DNA of 64,000 bases from the NCBI GenBank assembly GCA_965637545.1, contig OZ281499.1, positions 14,074,001 to 14,138,000 on the forward strand, in the 5' to 3' direction. Numbering within the stretch: the first letter of the stretch is position 1; the number at the start of each line of letters is the position of its first letter. Positions 33,127 through 46,728 of this stretch are shown here, one piece after another. The DNA comes from Phallusia mammillata. Its lineage: Eukaryota. The notes under the pieces were generated by a model, which did not search any database, was not told the DNA's origin, and saw only the letters and a list, made by a program, of their open reading frames with translations. The position numbers and the translations under genes were made by a program.

Positions 33127-34050
33127 ATGGCTCGTTCAGCCGAAGACGCTACAAAAACCAAGACCACAGATGTCATTTTGTTCGCCACTGATGAGTCAAA
33201 TTCCGAGGAGTTTCGTCCAACTGCACCAAGTAGCTCGACGCAATATTTAAATAAGGAAATTAACGAGGTTAAACACAACATGTCGACCACGCTGTCACAA
33301 CATGTAAATGATACCTTACAAAATTCCCTTGAAAACGAATTTAACGCCATGCGGTATTCGTTTCTAAAATTACCTCTTCTACGGAACGAGGACAATGAGA
33401 TTTCGAGCTACTTTAAGGTGTTGGATAGTTTCTTTTGCGCAAGCAAGATTTTCGATGAAACTTTGCGACATTCCTTGTTCGTTGCTACTTTACATCAAGC
33501 TCAGAGCAGCTTTAACTCGGTCGTCGGATTCGGAAACGCCTTATTCTGCTCTTAAAGATGCCATGGCAGAGCAAGTGTATGGGCGCAATAAGTTATCTTG
33601 GTTCAAAACGTTCAACAACATGACATTTCTGGATTCCAAAGAAGCTCCCAGTGGATTAATGAGGCGACTTAGCTGCCTGTCCCCGCAATCCCAACAACGA
33701 TCCTTTATTTAAGGACATTTTTGAAGACAAATTCATGTCTCTCTTGCCACAACACGTTCAACCTATCGTGAAGGCATTGTCTTTTAATTCCTTGGAGGGA
33801 ATGGGAAAGTTTTGTGATCGCTATCACGATCCAGAACAATATCAAGGTCCGTCAAATAAGCGACAAAACTCAAAAGTTGACCAACTATCAGCAAAATTTG
33901 ATGAGGTTATTTCTACCATGTCAAGAAATGCACAACCAGCAACGAGGCCTTCTCTTGGGATAAATAATAACTTCCCCGACAATATGTGCCGTTTTCATCA
34001 ACGCTGGGCGATCAAGCAATAAAGTGTGAAGGGCCGTCTTGTTCCCTTTA
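33127..34050 (+). pseudogene. Gypsy gag of CsRn1/Kabuki type, frameshifted, not followed by pol
   Basis: KLP..YFKVLDSFF..IFDETLRHSLFVATL..PYSALKDAM..PSGLMRRLSCL..FMSLLPQHVQPIV..GKFCD, plus the C-x2-H-x9-C-x4-C-like motif CRFHQRWGDQAIKCEGPSC. Confidence 0.7.
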
Positions 34051-35710
34051 CAACCTGCATAACTCCACCCCTGAAGAGTTTCTGCATGCCAGCAATTAGT
34101 CCACTAGATGAAGTTGTTTATTAACAAAATCTGGATTGTTGATGAAACTCGTCACGACCCTTGTATATTACTGTACATACTTTATGGTGATACAACATAC
34201 GATGAACTTTTGACGTCCATTCGCCTGCAATCGCTTCCTTATTGCAATATCCATCCGGACAAAAACATCGTCCGCAACAACTAAACATGCTAATGTGCTT
34301 TTTCACAAATGCCAACTTCGTTTCGGACAACCAGTCCTTTTTCTATCTGCTTTCCAAATATTACGACGTCTATCAATGCGCATCCGTTTTATGCGGACAA
34401 GTCCCTTTTAATGAAGATATACGAAAGTGGAATCCTTACGTCCAAAAAAACCTCGAGTATCAACTATCTGCTCTACCGACGAATTTTCTGTAGAAACTAT
34501 CTAACACGTCGATAAGTACAAAGCAGCTAACGAGTAGAAACTGTCTGCTCCATTGAAGATTAAACAAAAGAACTATAGTTCAGTAGAAACAATCTACTTT
34601 AATGTCGACCAAAGGCAATTAGCTGAGTAGAAACTATCTGCTTTGTATCTTGAGTACAATGGCTCGCACGAATAAGTCATTTTCTGTGTACTATAAGTCG
34701 CGTCGAGCCTTTTGCAACAATACCCTTACATATGGGTAAATAGACGAACCGCAACTGATCACACCGAGCATTCTCGACGTGTGTGCAAAAAGTCATTTTT
34801 TTGTCAAGTCGATCGTGGCCAGGTTGCAGACAAGCAAGTGTTCCGAAACTACTGTCCCTATCATGTCTTAAACGTCTGATCAAATAATATATGGGTGAAC
34901 ATTTTCAACATATGCCAATCGTAATTAACACCCTCGCTCTCCCGCAAGAGTAAAAGCATGTACGGCAATCGCTGCTTCTACAACTGCTATTCAGTACGGC
35001 AATCGGTGCCTCTACAACACCGATGTTCACATCGCAAGGCACGTGGAATGTTCATCGACTGCAAAAGCGAGCGTGCCGAGTTAAAGTGCACAATCCTCGC
35101 TCAGTTCAAAGCACAAAATCACAACACAACTATACATGTTACGTGCTTGCAAGTTAAGTTAAATTTGCATGTTGTTGTGTTTGAAAATTAAGTTTGCATG
35201 TTGTTCTGTTTGCAAGTTAAATTTGCATGTTGTTGTATTTTCATGCACCCTTTGCACAATTGTCAAGTATGGAGATATTGCCGAAAATTAAAAACATTTT
35301 TTTAAAACAATTGCGATAATTAAATTGGGAAGTGAATCAATTTACGGCAGAGCACGAGTTAATTTTCGTGTTTTTTAATTGCATCGTATGTTTGTCAATC
35401 GTTCTTGTTTATCATCCAGTACACAATTGTATTTTATATGTTTTTCTCACAAAGCCCATGGAGGGCAGGAACCATTTTTCGCTATATTTGCAATGTGATT
35501 GTATCGTGTGTAATTTCGTATCGTACAGTACGTCTTTGCCGCCATGACTCTTTACTCCTACCCTGTATTCATATATAGAACACAGTTAAACCCTCTAGCG
35601 CCGGAGTATTTGTAGCGGTCAGGTGCTTTCAAACCATCATTTTGGCACTTTGGTTTGGCTAAGCATTAAGTAATGGAAAATTTTAACTTTGCAACCATGA
35701 CTTTTCGTTC

Positions 35711-37539
35711 AATAATTTTTCATATCCGGACAACGGATATTTGTATTTTTGCTATCCGGTTAACGGTAGTTGCGTGACAAACCACTTTTCTAAATTTGCT
35801 TGATAAGTCTATTACAAAGTTATCTTATAATGAAAAGTTTATTTTTAAATGTTTGCGATGTCCTGCACAAAACAATTTTACACGTTACTGTTGCAGTGCG
35901 TTTCTAATGAAGCACAACGCATCGATTGTAGAGTCGTTTAAACGGGAACGGAGTTTTGTAGCAAAGAGTCCACATGCACTAAATGCCCTTTCAGCTTCCA
36001 CAGAAGTGGGCTGAATAGTAAGAAGGGCTTCATATAAAGCTTGGAGATTAGCTGGCCTTTTTCCTGAAGCTTCAAAAACTTCACATTCTTTTTGGACTGT
36101 TAATCTGTTGATATTTACGATATTTGAAGGCCGAGTTGCAGGGAGGCATGTTGACCTGATTGCTCTATCAAGTTCTTCTTTTAGAGACCTCGCCGATATT
36201 TCCTCACGCACAGTAGAAGCCATTGATTCCAACTGGTCGCCATCAACAATTTCTGCGGCAGTTTCCGTTGCTCCAACTCCCAGCAACCTTTGCATCAGGG
36301 TTGCCGTAAGAATGATCACGTTTGTTCTGTTTCCGTATTCGCCAAACGTGTCGAGTTTGCTCTCCACCGTAATTGGAATCGAACAAGTATTCAATCAAAT
36401 GAACAAGACCAATGTTTCTTCAACTACTGCTAGATGATAACCATGCGCAAAACATAACTGATGCATGCAAGGAACCATTCTTCCAAAACTCTTCATTACA
36501 CTAGCTCCATCTGTCGTAGTTGCAACAATATCTTTCATTTTCAGACCAAACTCATCTAATCTTTCCATTACCAATTCTTGCACTTTTTTAGCTGGCAAAC
36601 GGCCTTTTATTCTTGCCATTCCCAAATTAATGTGGCCAGAATCGTAATGCAAGTTTAAGATCATGTATCTTCTGCTTCTTGTGCTTGTGTACTCTTTAAG
36701 TGTAATAGAAAACAATTTTCCCGTCAGTTTTTCCGTTTCAATCTGCTTACGTTTTTCGCTTTTGAGTATTTGGTAAAATCTCATCACAAGATTTCTGACA
36801 CTTTGTGCTGTCTGTGGCAGGTTGTATCCTCTTGCGAAGAATGCCTGCCTCATTTGCTTATTGGTAGCAATTGTTTTGAAAGAAATTCTGTCAATAGCTG
36901 CCAGCTCTGCAACAACTTTCTCTAGCGTATCTTTGGTTGGTTTAAAAAAGTGGTCAATCATGCTGGTTCCTGAAGAATTACCGGCTGTTTCCGTTAAAGA
37001 ATTCAGTTGTGTTTTAATCTTTTTTGCATCTACTTTAATCTTATGTTTTAACTGCAAGTGATTCCTCATAGCTCCTGTCGATCCACCTTTACAGGAAACA
37101 GTATTACAGGAATACAGGGTTTTCGCTTTTCAAACGCTTGAATTCCATTTTAATTTCCTCCTTTACTCAATCACTTGCAAAGAATACACTGTCTAGTTCA
37201 CATCTTACGATACATGAATCTCCAGTGATAACTTCAATAAGCTTTGTTATATTTTGTGACATAATAATACTTCAATTGATTCGTTGATTTTGTCAATTGT
37301 AGAGAAAGGGCAATATAAAGACGCGCTGTAAACACTTACCATAAGATAAACAGGACGTTGTTAGCGATTTTTATAACTGCAAACAGACTTTTGATTTGCA
37401 AAAATGCTTAAAAACGGATCAAATGCTTGCGCAGCACTATCTCTTGTTAACCGGTTAACCGACAAGAAAATATACGGATATCGGATAACAAAAAACCTTC
37501 GGTTAATCGGTTATCCGATATCCGGATAATTCAACCCTA
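35711..37539 (-). mobile_element. hAT element, internally deleted, one terminus lost
   Basis: Right terminus revcomp TAGGGTTGAATTATCCGG with GGTTAACCG/CCGGATA subterminal arrays. Transposase pieces FSITLKEYTS (D1 replaced), TTDGASVM, CFAHGYHLAV, PTSVEAERAFS...RSRL. Confidence 0.85.
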
Positions 37540-37551
37540 TCCTCTCAAACT

Positions 37552-38045
37552 TTGAATTATCGAATATTTCACGACTGCTTGCCAGTCTTAACCAAATTTA
37601 CCTATATTTCCCTTGATAACGACACGCAGTGTCCTTTCTGTCGAAAGCAAACTGAAACCATTTGGCATATATTTGCAGAATGTAAATTCATCAAACCCAA
37701 TTGGCAAAACATTCAAAAAATTATGAACAAAATTAGTGGCAAAACAATACAATTTGACATAAATTTGATAATTGACATAAAAATTACGGCTTCCCTGGAA
37801 TACTGGTCAGAAATTATTATTTACTTAATTACTATAGCCAAACATGCGGCCGAAACAATTTTCATTTTGAAAATATTCCACCACAAGTTAATGGCATAAC
37901 ACAAACATTTAGACGGAGCATTTTTTCTCGACTTTCTTTTGAAAAAAACAAAAACGTATGGATCAAACCTTTTTACCAGTATTCCAGGGATTGAGGGAGG
38001 CTATGGGATAGCCAGCCATATTCCGCCTAATCAATTTTATTTTTC
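37552..38045 (+). pseudogene. L1/Tx1-type LINE 3' fragment (zf-RVT region)
   Basis: NYRIFHDCLP...CPFCRKQTETIWHIFAEC matches the C-x2-C...ET-x2-H-x4-C motif at the end of L1/Tx1 ORF2. Confidence 0.75.
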
Positions 38046-39399
38046 TTGCCCCCCCCCCCCCTTTTTATTGTTTTCTATGGCCTCATAGAATGGTGCAAAC
38101 ATAACAACAAGATGAAAAGAAAACTACGCAAACCCAATTTCCATTACTTAATTGCGACATCTCGCGGCGAGTATTTCCTAGCGCTTTTTCGCTTTTGTTT
38201 ACCACATGTACCTACTAAATTCTGCTACAACAAAACCTCCTAAAATATGATGGTGTTGTTGCATTCTTTTGGTTGTGCTTCATTTATGCGATCTGCAGTT
38301 GTTGAAAGTTATAAATTAGACAACTAAACAAAAGTTTTGTTTTACCCACCGTTCGTATCTTGCTTCCTTTTGTTTCCTTCCATGTTATATGTCCAATTTT
38401 CCTACTTTTGCACCACCTCATAACCAAAAGACTTAACTTAAAGGAAAAAATTATACGCTGCTGTGCTTTATAACCTTTATGTTTTGTACTCTTTTGTTTT
38501 CAATCAGTTTTTTCCCTTTGGTTGTTTCGTGTGTTGTTTTTCGCAATACAAAAAAATCGTTCAAACACAGCTCACTTCAACACGAGCAAATCTTTCGCCT
38601 TTTACTAAAGATTTCCGTGGAGTGGGGTATTTTCAAGAGTCTTTGCTATTTGTTCGTTCCAACACAAGTTTTCGCAAAATGTTATGACACTTTTGGCACG
38701 AAAACACGTGAATACGAACGGAAACTTGGTTTCATAACAACTATAGGAACAGAATATGTTTTGATACTTTTTCGTCAAAACCATTCGCGTGAACGCGAAG
38801 GAGGTTTGGGAACATGACGTAATCTTATGGTTGAATAGCCACGATTTGCACGATTTTGCCAAAACGTCGACCGTTCATTGCCCGTGGTTCCAAACTTGCA
38901 CGTGTCGGAAAAGATGTGGTGTTAGGGTGTTTATGGGTGACACTAAAACGCTGAATGGGCGGGAGATGGGTGGCGGGACGTCGCGAAAACCGCTAAATAT
39001 CGGGTAAATTGCTGACGGTTAGTGCTATAAGGGTTGGGTTGAGGTTTTACAATAGTATATGAATCAAAAAATGTCCCTGCCTAAAACTTATTCAGCTGTT
39101 TCCTGACATTCAGAAAAAATGCTTGGGCGGGAAGTCTCCCTCGGCCGCTTAATGTTTCCCTCGGTCGCGGAATGTATCCGGGGGAATTATTTTTAATGAT
39201 TTTCTATTATAAAACGTTATCCAAACCGCTCACTCGGTGAACATTTTGGTTTGGGAAAGTCAACAGTCTTTGAGGTACATATGTATTAAAAACAGCAGGT
39301 AAAATGGACACACTCGCATGGCTTATCATACTAATAGAATTTTTTTTTTTTTTTGAAAAAAGGTTACTATTGAAGTGTGCAAACTACAAAAGTAATTGT

Positions 39400-40450
39400 G
39401 AAAACGCTCTTCATGGACGTTATGAGGTACCAGCAGAACATTGCTACAAACTGCAATACCTTTCTTCATTGAAAAAGGAATGCCCAATTGTGTTGGTGCA
39501 GTGGATGGGTGTCATCTTGCAATCTCACAACCAGCAGAAAATGGACCTGATTACTCCAACTTAAAAATGTTTTACTTACGAAGCATGCAGGCAGTTCAGA
39601 CTATAAAGGAAGGAAGGTAAAAATGTTTTTGGTATGCCATGACAAATACAATAAAGCTTGTTAACTACCAGGTATTCTCCTAATTGCATCCTTGTCCTGT
39701 TACAATTGATTGTTATGTGTTTTATTATGTATGTCGTGTTATTTTTAGATTTGTTGATGTTGTGATTGGGTGGCCTGGCAAGGTGCATGATGCTCGAATG
39801 TTAGCTAACTTTCCACTTGACACAAAAGCAGAATCTGGAAGCATGTTTCCACAGGTAAGCTACATGTGGTGTGAAATGAGTGAAAATTTGGTAAATTTTT
39901 ACAATACTTTGCTTTCCAGAGCAATATGATAATTGAAGACAAACATATTCCATACTATATTATTGGAGATGGGGCCTACCCATTAAAAAAATGGTTAATG
40001 AGTCCATATGCCAACACACAAAATAACAGTCAGGTTGATTTCAACAGGGTGAAAATAAGTTTATGGTAAATTAAGGTGCTAGTTACCAAGGATTTTTTTG
40101 AAAAGCAAGTAATGTACTTTGGTACAAAGTTAGCAGTTATTTCCCAGGATGTATGCTACAACTGACAGGCCTAGCAGGCATAAGCTGCAGTGGCTAGGCC
40201 ACATTTGTAATGGGTGGGGTTAATTGATATTTTGCAGCATTGTGTAGAAATAATGAAGTAAAGTTGTACATAATTACATTTTAGAAATTGTCCATTGCTA
40301 GAAGAGTGGTTGGGCAAGCATTTAGTCGCTTAAAACAAAGATGGAGGTGTTTGCTGAAACGATGCGATGCAGGTCCACGCAATGCCACAATCATAATAGC
40401 AGCATGTGTAGTATTGCATAATATTTGTGAGGAAAATGATGATTAAATTC
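39400..40450 (+). pseudogene. Harbinger DDE transposase relic, intron-containing
   Basis: PNCVGAVDGCHL, DVVIGWPGKVHDARML, IIGDGAYPLKKWLMSPY, AFSRLK.RWRCL, IIAACVVLHNICE. Frameshifts present. Confidence 0.8.
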
Positions 40451-40485
40451 CGGATCATAAACCACCTCTTTTAGAGAACTTAGAC

Positions 40486-41251
40486 CAGGGGTGTCCAACC
40501 TTTTTGGCCAAAGGGCCACACGCGGTTTACGAACGATTGCGCGAGCCACTTGAGTGTTACTGCTAATTTGGAATCGTAGAAATAGCTGTCTTATAATTTC
40601 TAATCAAAATCCTCACATCGAAATTCTAATCTTAGAAATGTGTAGTATCCTCGTTTACAGTTATAAAAACAATAAACACACCAAGATATAGTTAAGTCAA
40701 CAAAGTTTTTCCCACACGTCGACATTTCAATGTGAAGTTTGGCACTGTTTTTCTCCGACAAGTTTGGCAATATTCGGTGAGATGTAGCAATACGAAGCGA
40801 TTTTTTCATATGGCTGTCAGAAATTACTGATCTTACGGGGGATTTAAAGTCACATGTCAACCTTTCTTGGAAAGTTCTGTTAGCGTTATACTTGCTTTTT
40901 GTTTCCTGTTTGGCATAATTTATATCACTGCAGAGTGCGGAAGATGTTTTACTGCTAAATGCGTTTTGCGCGAGAACCAAGAAACATTACTGACTGACTC
41001 TTGAAGCACGAGTCAGATTGTGACGTAACAATGTAGAAATTGTGATGCGTAACAATGTGCATTGTGACACAATAAAAGTAACTTGAAGTTGTGTATTATT
41101 ACTCAATTAACAAACAATCAATGCCAATTTTTCGGAATGAAATTTCGCCATAAATTACGAAGGAGATTAAGTTGCCAATATGAGTCATTTCAAAAAAATA
41201 CCACGCGGGCCACTCACAACCTTCGTGCGGGCCACGGGTTGGACACCCCTG
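40486..41251. mobile_element. hAT MITE
   Basis: TIR CAGGGGTGTCCAACC at both ends. Flanks ACTTAGAC/CCCTACGG do not form a clean TSD. Confidence 0.7.
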
Positions 41252-44163
41252 CCCTACGGCTTCAGACAAGGCTGGGAATTTTGCCAATGTCTTCCGAATT
41301 AAAAACCCTCCAATATATTCAATGGTGTCGTTTTCAAATGCCTTTATTTGTCCATATGAGCACATTGTGACTGGTTCTTTGGTTTGATGAACAATTTTTG
41401 TACTGTTTTGCGTTGAGGCACAAATGCACAATAAAGGAAACTTGCCTACAATTTCATCTTTGTTGTTGGTTGTGCAAATGTTTTAAGCAAACTACCCACC
41501 AACTCCAAACCTGCGTTCGACAACTTCAATTTTAGATTCATTTCTGTTATGAATTGAGCTGGAAATGTAGATGTCTCAGTGCTCAATACACTTTGCTGTA
41601 CAGAAAAGCCGGCGTCAGCTAGAACATCAATTTCACCGTCCATATTTTCGAACAGTAGGTCCCTTATAACTTTCTCGAGTAAATTTATGATTTTTTTCCA
41701 TTGTTTTCGATGTCTATGACCCAAATTTTTGTGAAAAAATGTAGTCTTCGCTACCTACGCCAGCCATTTTCCCGGTTTCTATCCAGCCTCGGTAAGCGTG
41801 ACGAATTGAAACGTCACAATGAGTTAGCCTTCCTCTGTATAGTGTTCTTTGGTGGTATTCAGCGTCCACGGGGATTGGCGCAAAATGGCCTATAATCACA
41901 CAGGGGTTTGCCTCGCATGTGCATTTATCGTTTTTTTTGCGTTTATATGCGTGTGTCGATTTAAGGCAGTGGTTCCAAACCGTTTTGTAGACACGAACCC
42001 CTGTTATAAATTTTATAGTTCCGCAGACCCCAAACGTAATTTGGTCTTGTTATGTTTTTCGTTTCCTGCATTATACGTTATTATACTTTCGCCTTTTGGG
42101 GCAGAATTTTATTCAACCTTCACAGTCCTTTAATCTCAATAAAGTTCTGTACAAACCCCAGGTTGGGAAACCACAAGGTGAAGTAATCCTGGCCTTCTAG
42201 TGTTATGCTCGTCATATCCGCCATTTTGTTTCACCTGTTTTTTTTACTTCGATCCTATGTTTCTACCTGTCTCTAACCCAGGGGTCTCCAACACGCGGCC
42301 CGCGGGCCAGATGTGGCAATTTTCCGTGGCCCGTGACGTTATTAGCAAATGAAAAAATAGTATTGTTTCGTTAAATATGACCAACTTTGTTTGTTTTACT
42401 CAACCGTGGAGTGTTCAAGAAAGAAAATGTAATGAAACTTTAACTCACAACCATATATCCTCACTACGTTAAAGAAATTGAACCTTTGTGATACATAACT
42501 ATGATGAAATAATGCGATCTTAGTCTGGTCATCAAGTGTAAACTCAGAAAACCGTTTAGTTTTTGTTTACTGTGTAATTTTATTTTACGTATGAGGAACG
42601 TTTACGCTTATGAAGACCAACCAACATTTCATTATATTGAGTAGGCCGAATGGACTATTTTAGGTGCCCAGGACCAGGGCCCTGGAGAGAAAAAAAATAT
42701 GCTGGTACAAGTCAATTTCTGGGCCCCCCTTTGAACACTATTTGTGTGCTGATGATCAAGCGTTTAATACGTTTATTCGCCAAAAGAACAAACAAAAGCA
42801 AGCTAGCCGCACTCATTAAACAGCTTGGACAATAACGTCAAACCTTTAGAGTTTTAAAAACCTAAAATTCCTATATTTTTACTGCATGCACTATAGCGTT
42901 CGTACAGCAAAGTAAACGCTCAAAAGCAAATATTGGTCTTGACTTGTACTGTGTTCGCTTAAACCAGGGGTCACCACAAACTTTTTTCAGCGCCAAGACA
43001 TGGTATTTCTAAAATCCCAAAATCTGGTAATGCGACTATAGTTAAAGGGTCGGCTACGTTTTAGGCGACGCGTGCCAAAGGCTGAATTTTAAGACCATGG
43101 CATGATAAAAACTATAAACAAGCAGTGTAACAGGTTACATTGTTACTTCAATATAAACACACAAATCGGTTGGCGTGCCATGAAAAACCACCTCGCGTGC
43201 CACGTGCCAGGGGTTGCCGCCCCCCGGTATAGTTAGTCTCATCTTATGAGCAATGCTTGTATATTACGTCACAAGTAACCTAGGAAGGCAATTGTTTGCA
43301 CACAATCAACACTTGTAGTCTTGTCTGTGACGTAACAAACTGGCTCTGAATCAATCATAGGCGTTCTAATCCTATGAAACCAGGTAATATCAATTCCACA
43401 TATCGCGACAGGAAAACTTTCGTAGGGAGTAGTTTAATTTTTGAATGTTACAAAGTTATCAATACGATTTCGCAAACCAAAAAATATGGTCGAGGGCCGG
43501 ATGAAATGACCTCAAAAATATAAAATATATATACTTGGTATACCAAAAAAATACCTACAAATCGCACAGTAAAGTTCTGCTATTGTTTGGTTAAAGCCAA
43601 CTGAACAGGTTATCTGGTAAAAGATTTCCTGTTTTTGTTGGTATACCGAGTCAAGCCAAGACTTTTCACAGCTGAGAAGACTCAAGTCAAGTCAAGCTTT
43701 CGAAAAATGTGACTTAAGTCGGACATGAGACCCCATTACTGCTAAAAACACACACACACACACACACACGCACACACACATAACTGTCGCTTTATCGCTT
43801 GTGTACTTTAACAAATATGGTCCAATAAAGTACTTCGCTTACTGCCAAAGCTGTGACCAAATCAAATACGTGTAACAAATGCTTTTATAACGTCCAGAAA
43901 ACTCACCAGCACATAATGCGCAAATGTGCATAAAGCGGGATTCACACCAGACGCGTTAAGCGACAAGCGTCGCGATTTTGCGTTAGGCGTCAAGCGACGT
44001 ACCATTCACACACGACGACACGCTTGTCGTGACGGCACGATTTTCTCAGTTGAAGCGTCAAGCGTCGGAGTTAAATCAGATTTAACTTTTCCGCTTGACG
44101 CTTCACATTTAAAGTATCTTGGAACAGCAGAAACCTTGGTTATAAGCAGTATAGTCACTGAAA

Positions 44164-45141
44164 ATGGAGTTTAACGAAATGCTCATTCAAATGGTACACG
44201 ATTCTCCGTGTATGTACGATGCTCAGCATTGTAACTATAAGGACAGCAAGCGAAAGGAAAACATTTGGAAGAACATCAGTCAATGCACTGGTCAATCAAG
44301 TAAGTTAGTTCAATTACTCTTTACAGAGCATGCACATAACTCTACAAATTCACTCTACATATACATATGTTACAGTGGATGTTTGTATGAAACGTTGGAA
44401 GGGCCTAAGAGACCGATTTTTGAAAGAAAAAAAGAAACAAGAGAGTGCCAAAAAAAGTGGTGCAGGAGCTTCAGCCACATCAACTTGGGAACACTATGAT
44501 GCACTTACATTTTTGAATGACCATTTAAGGCACAAGTTGTATGTCAATTAATGACATTATTTAACTGATTACTGTAACCTGCTAAATAATTTTGCATACT
44601 TTGTAGGACAGTTGGTAATGTGCCTTCAAGCCCTGCAGTTCTTGATATTACACAAGATGATGCAGACACAACTGATGGTATGAATAATCATTAAACATGT
44701 ACTTTTTATGACTTATGTGTGTGTTTTTGATTTTATGTTTAGAAATGATTACACTTGAAGTTGTAGATGATCCCCCTGTCCCTAACATATCTACCTCTAC
44801 ACCAAGTACTTCATCTAGACCAGCTAAGAAACGAAAATGTTCAGATCGCATAGAGTTTGAGGTTAGCAAAATTAAACCACTGATATATGTTGTATTGTTG
44901 TCATTATTGATCTTCCCATATTATGTTGTAGGAAGGCATTTTAAAAATGTTACATGAAAATAGAACATCAGTAGAAGAAATTAAAGGCTTGAAACCAAAC
45001 CCATCAAAAGATGGTCAATTCATCAACTTTGGAAATGTTGTTGCCAACAGTTTGAAAAGCATGACAACAGACATAGCATATGAGGCTATGAGTGACATAA
45101 TGCAGTATTTGTCACAGAAATTTAAACCTTCCACTGATTAA
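44164..45141 (+). CDS. Harbinger MADF (Myb/SANT-like) protein with BESS-like C-terminus, 5 exons, ~232 aa
   Basis: Exons 44164-44299, 44376-44538, 44607-44677, 44743-44861, 44932-45141 (699 nt). All introns GT-AG and the frame is open: LIQMVHDSPCMYD...KENIWKNI...CMKRWKGLRDRF...WEHYDALTFL...FINFGNVVANSL. Confidence 0.85.
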
Positions 45142-45310
45142 TTTGCTGTTTTTTTTTGTTCATTATCACTTCTTTCTGTGCAAACTTACATTCCACAATT
45201 GGTAATGTAGCATACATGAAAATGGTTTATTGAAGAACATAAACATGAAATGGTGTATTGAAGAACATAAAACATACACATGAAGCTAAAAAGTACAAGC
45301 ATGTATACAC

Positions 45311-46728
45311 TTACAGTCGATTAACTACATTATTTTGCCATGAAAGTTTGCCATTTTCTGACAAGAAATAATCCTTAAATGTATCCCTAATTAGAGCAGC
45401 TTCATGAGCATACATATTTGTACCCATTCTACCTATGGGTTGGAAGTTTGAGGAGTTTTGAATTTCATATCGCCATTCTCCAAATATCATATTTCCCATT
45501 CTGTCTTCCCGGTCAACATATGTTGGTGCACAATACATTCTTTCATTTTCCAAAGATTGCCTACTTTTTATCTGTAAAAAGTTATGTAAACAACAGGCAG
45601 CTTTTGTTATGGCAATTGCTTTTTGGGGCTCAGCTATAATAGATCTTCTGAATATTCGCCAGCGAGTGGCTAAAATACCAAAGGTATTTTCAATGACCCT
45701 TCTGGCACGTGATAGACGGTAGTTAAAAACACTTTTATCAAAAGGAAGTCTCTTTCCTGGGTAGGGTCTCATTAGGTTGGGTCTTAGAGGAAAAGCAGCA
45801 TCACCCACAATACAGTAAGGGACAGTTATATTGGTTTTTGGAATACATTCAGCAGCAGGCATATTTAAATCATCATTCATAAATTTTTTACCGTATTCAG
45901 AATTGGCAAAAACACCCCCATCACTGTGTCTGCCCGAATCACCAATATCTAACAAAGTAAAGCAATAATGTGCATCACATACAGCCATTAATACAATGCT
46001 ATGTGTTCCCTTGTAGTTAAAATATTCAGATCCAGCATTTTTGGGGGCCTGAATGACCACATGCTTGCCATCTATGGCACCTAAACACATTGGAAAATCC
46101 CATAAATCATCAAATTCCTTTGCAATTATTTTCCATTCTTCTGAACTTTGTGGGGGTTTAAGGTATTCTGGCTGCAATACAGACCATATTGCTTCACAAG
46201 TTTCATTGATGATTTGGCACACAGTTGAATGGCCAACTCTGTAACTCAAGGAAATGGTTGCTTGAGAGTCCCCGGTGGCCAAAAACCTGTAATAAATGTG
46301 GTCATATTAAAATAATGAACTTGCACATTAATCAACAAACAAGTAAAACCCACCTTAGCGTAATTGCGAGTCTTTGTGCAGATGAAATTGATTTTCTCCA
46401 GTGGGTATCCTTTTTGCTGATCAAAGGTTCTACTTTCTGGAGTAGTTCATAGAAAGTTTGCACATCCATTCTAAAGTACTTGTGAAAGCTTTGATGGTCA
46501 TTCTGCATGTTTTTCACCAAGTTAAACTCACCCATTTCTTCTCTGTCCTGAAAGATTGGACGAACCCATACTCTGCATATAAACTAAAATCCTCAACAAA
46601 TTGATTTAGGCACTTTGATAGTGAAATATGTCTTACCTTCTTGGGTAAATAATGTTGCGAACAAGTATCATGATAAGAATCAATTGCTGTTCCAGCAACA
46701 ATAAAAGCAGTAGGTCAATTCTATCCAT
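45311..46728 (-). CDS. Harbinger DDE transposase, 3 exons, 428 aa, apparently intact
   Basis: Exons 46728-46637, 46572-46354, 46286-45311 (1287 nt). RVWVRPIF, FRMD..TF..LL, LAITLRFLATG, GAIDGKHV, YFNYKG..SIVLMAVCD, SDGGVF, VGDAAFPL, RARRVIENTFGIL, LHNFL. Confidence 0.92.

Noticed and set aside
38880-39200. GC-richer tract with GGGTT runs and tandem TCCCTCGG(C/T)CGC, resembling Helentron-associated ends
   Set aside because: No second end, insertion-site signature or sibling copy in the window to define it.
41270-41900. Degenerate minus-strand frames (EYIGGFLIRK) with an AT|AGGCC-like end near 41891
   Set aside because: Could be a P- or ISL2EU-related relic, but the evidence is a single short motif.
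42750-42790. Further CTGATGA hammerhead candidates (42752, 5250 on minus, 33188)
   Set aside because: No stem II closed by GAAA and no NUH/stem I arrangement.
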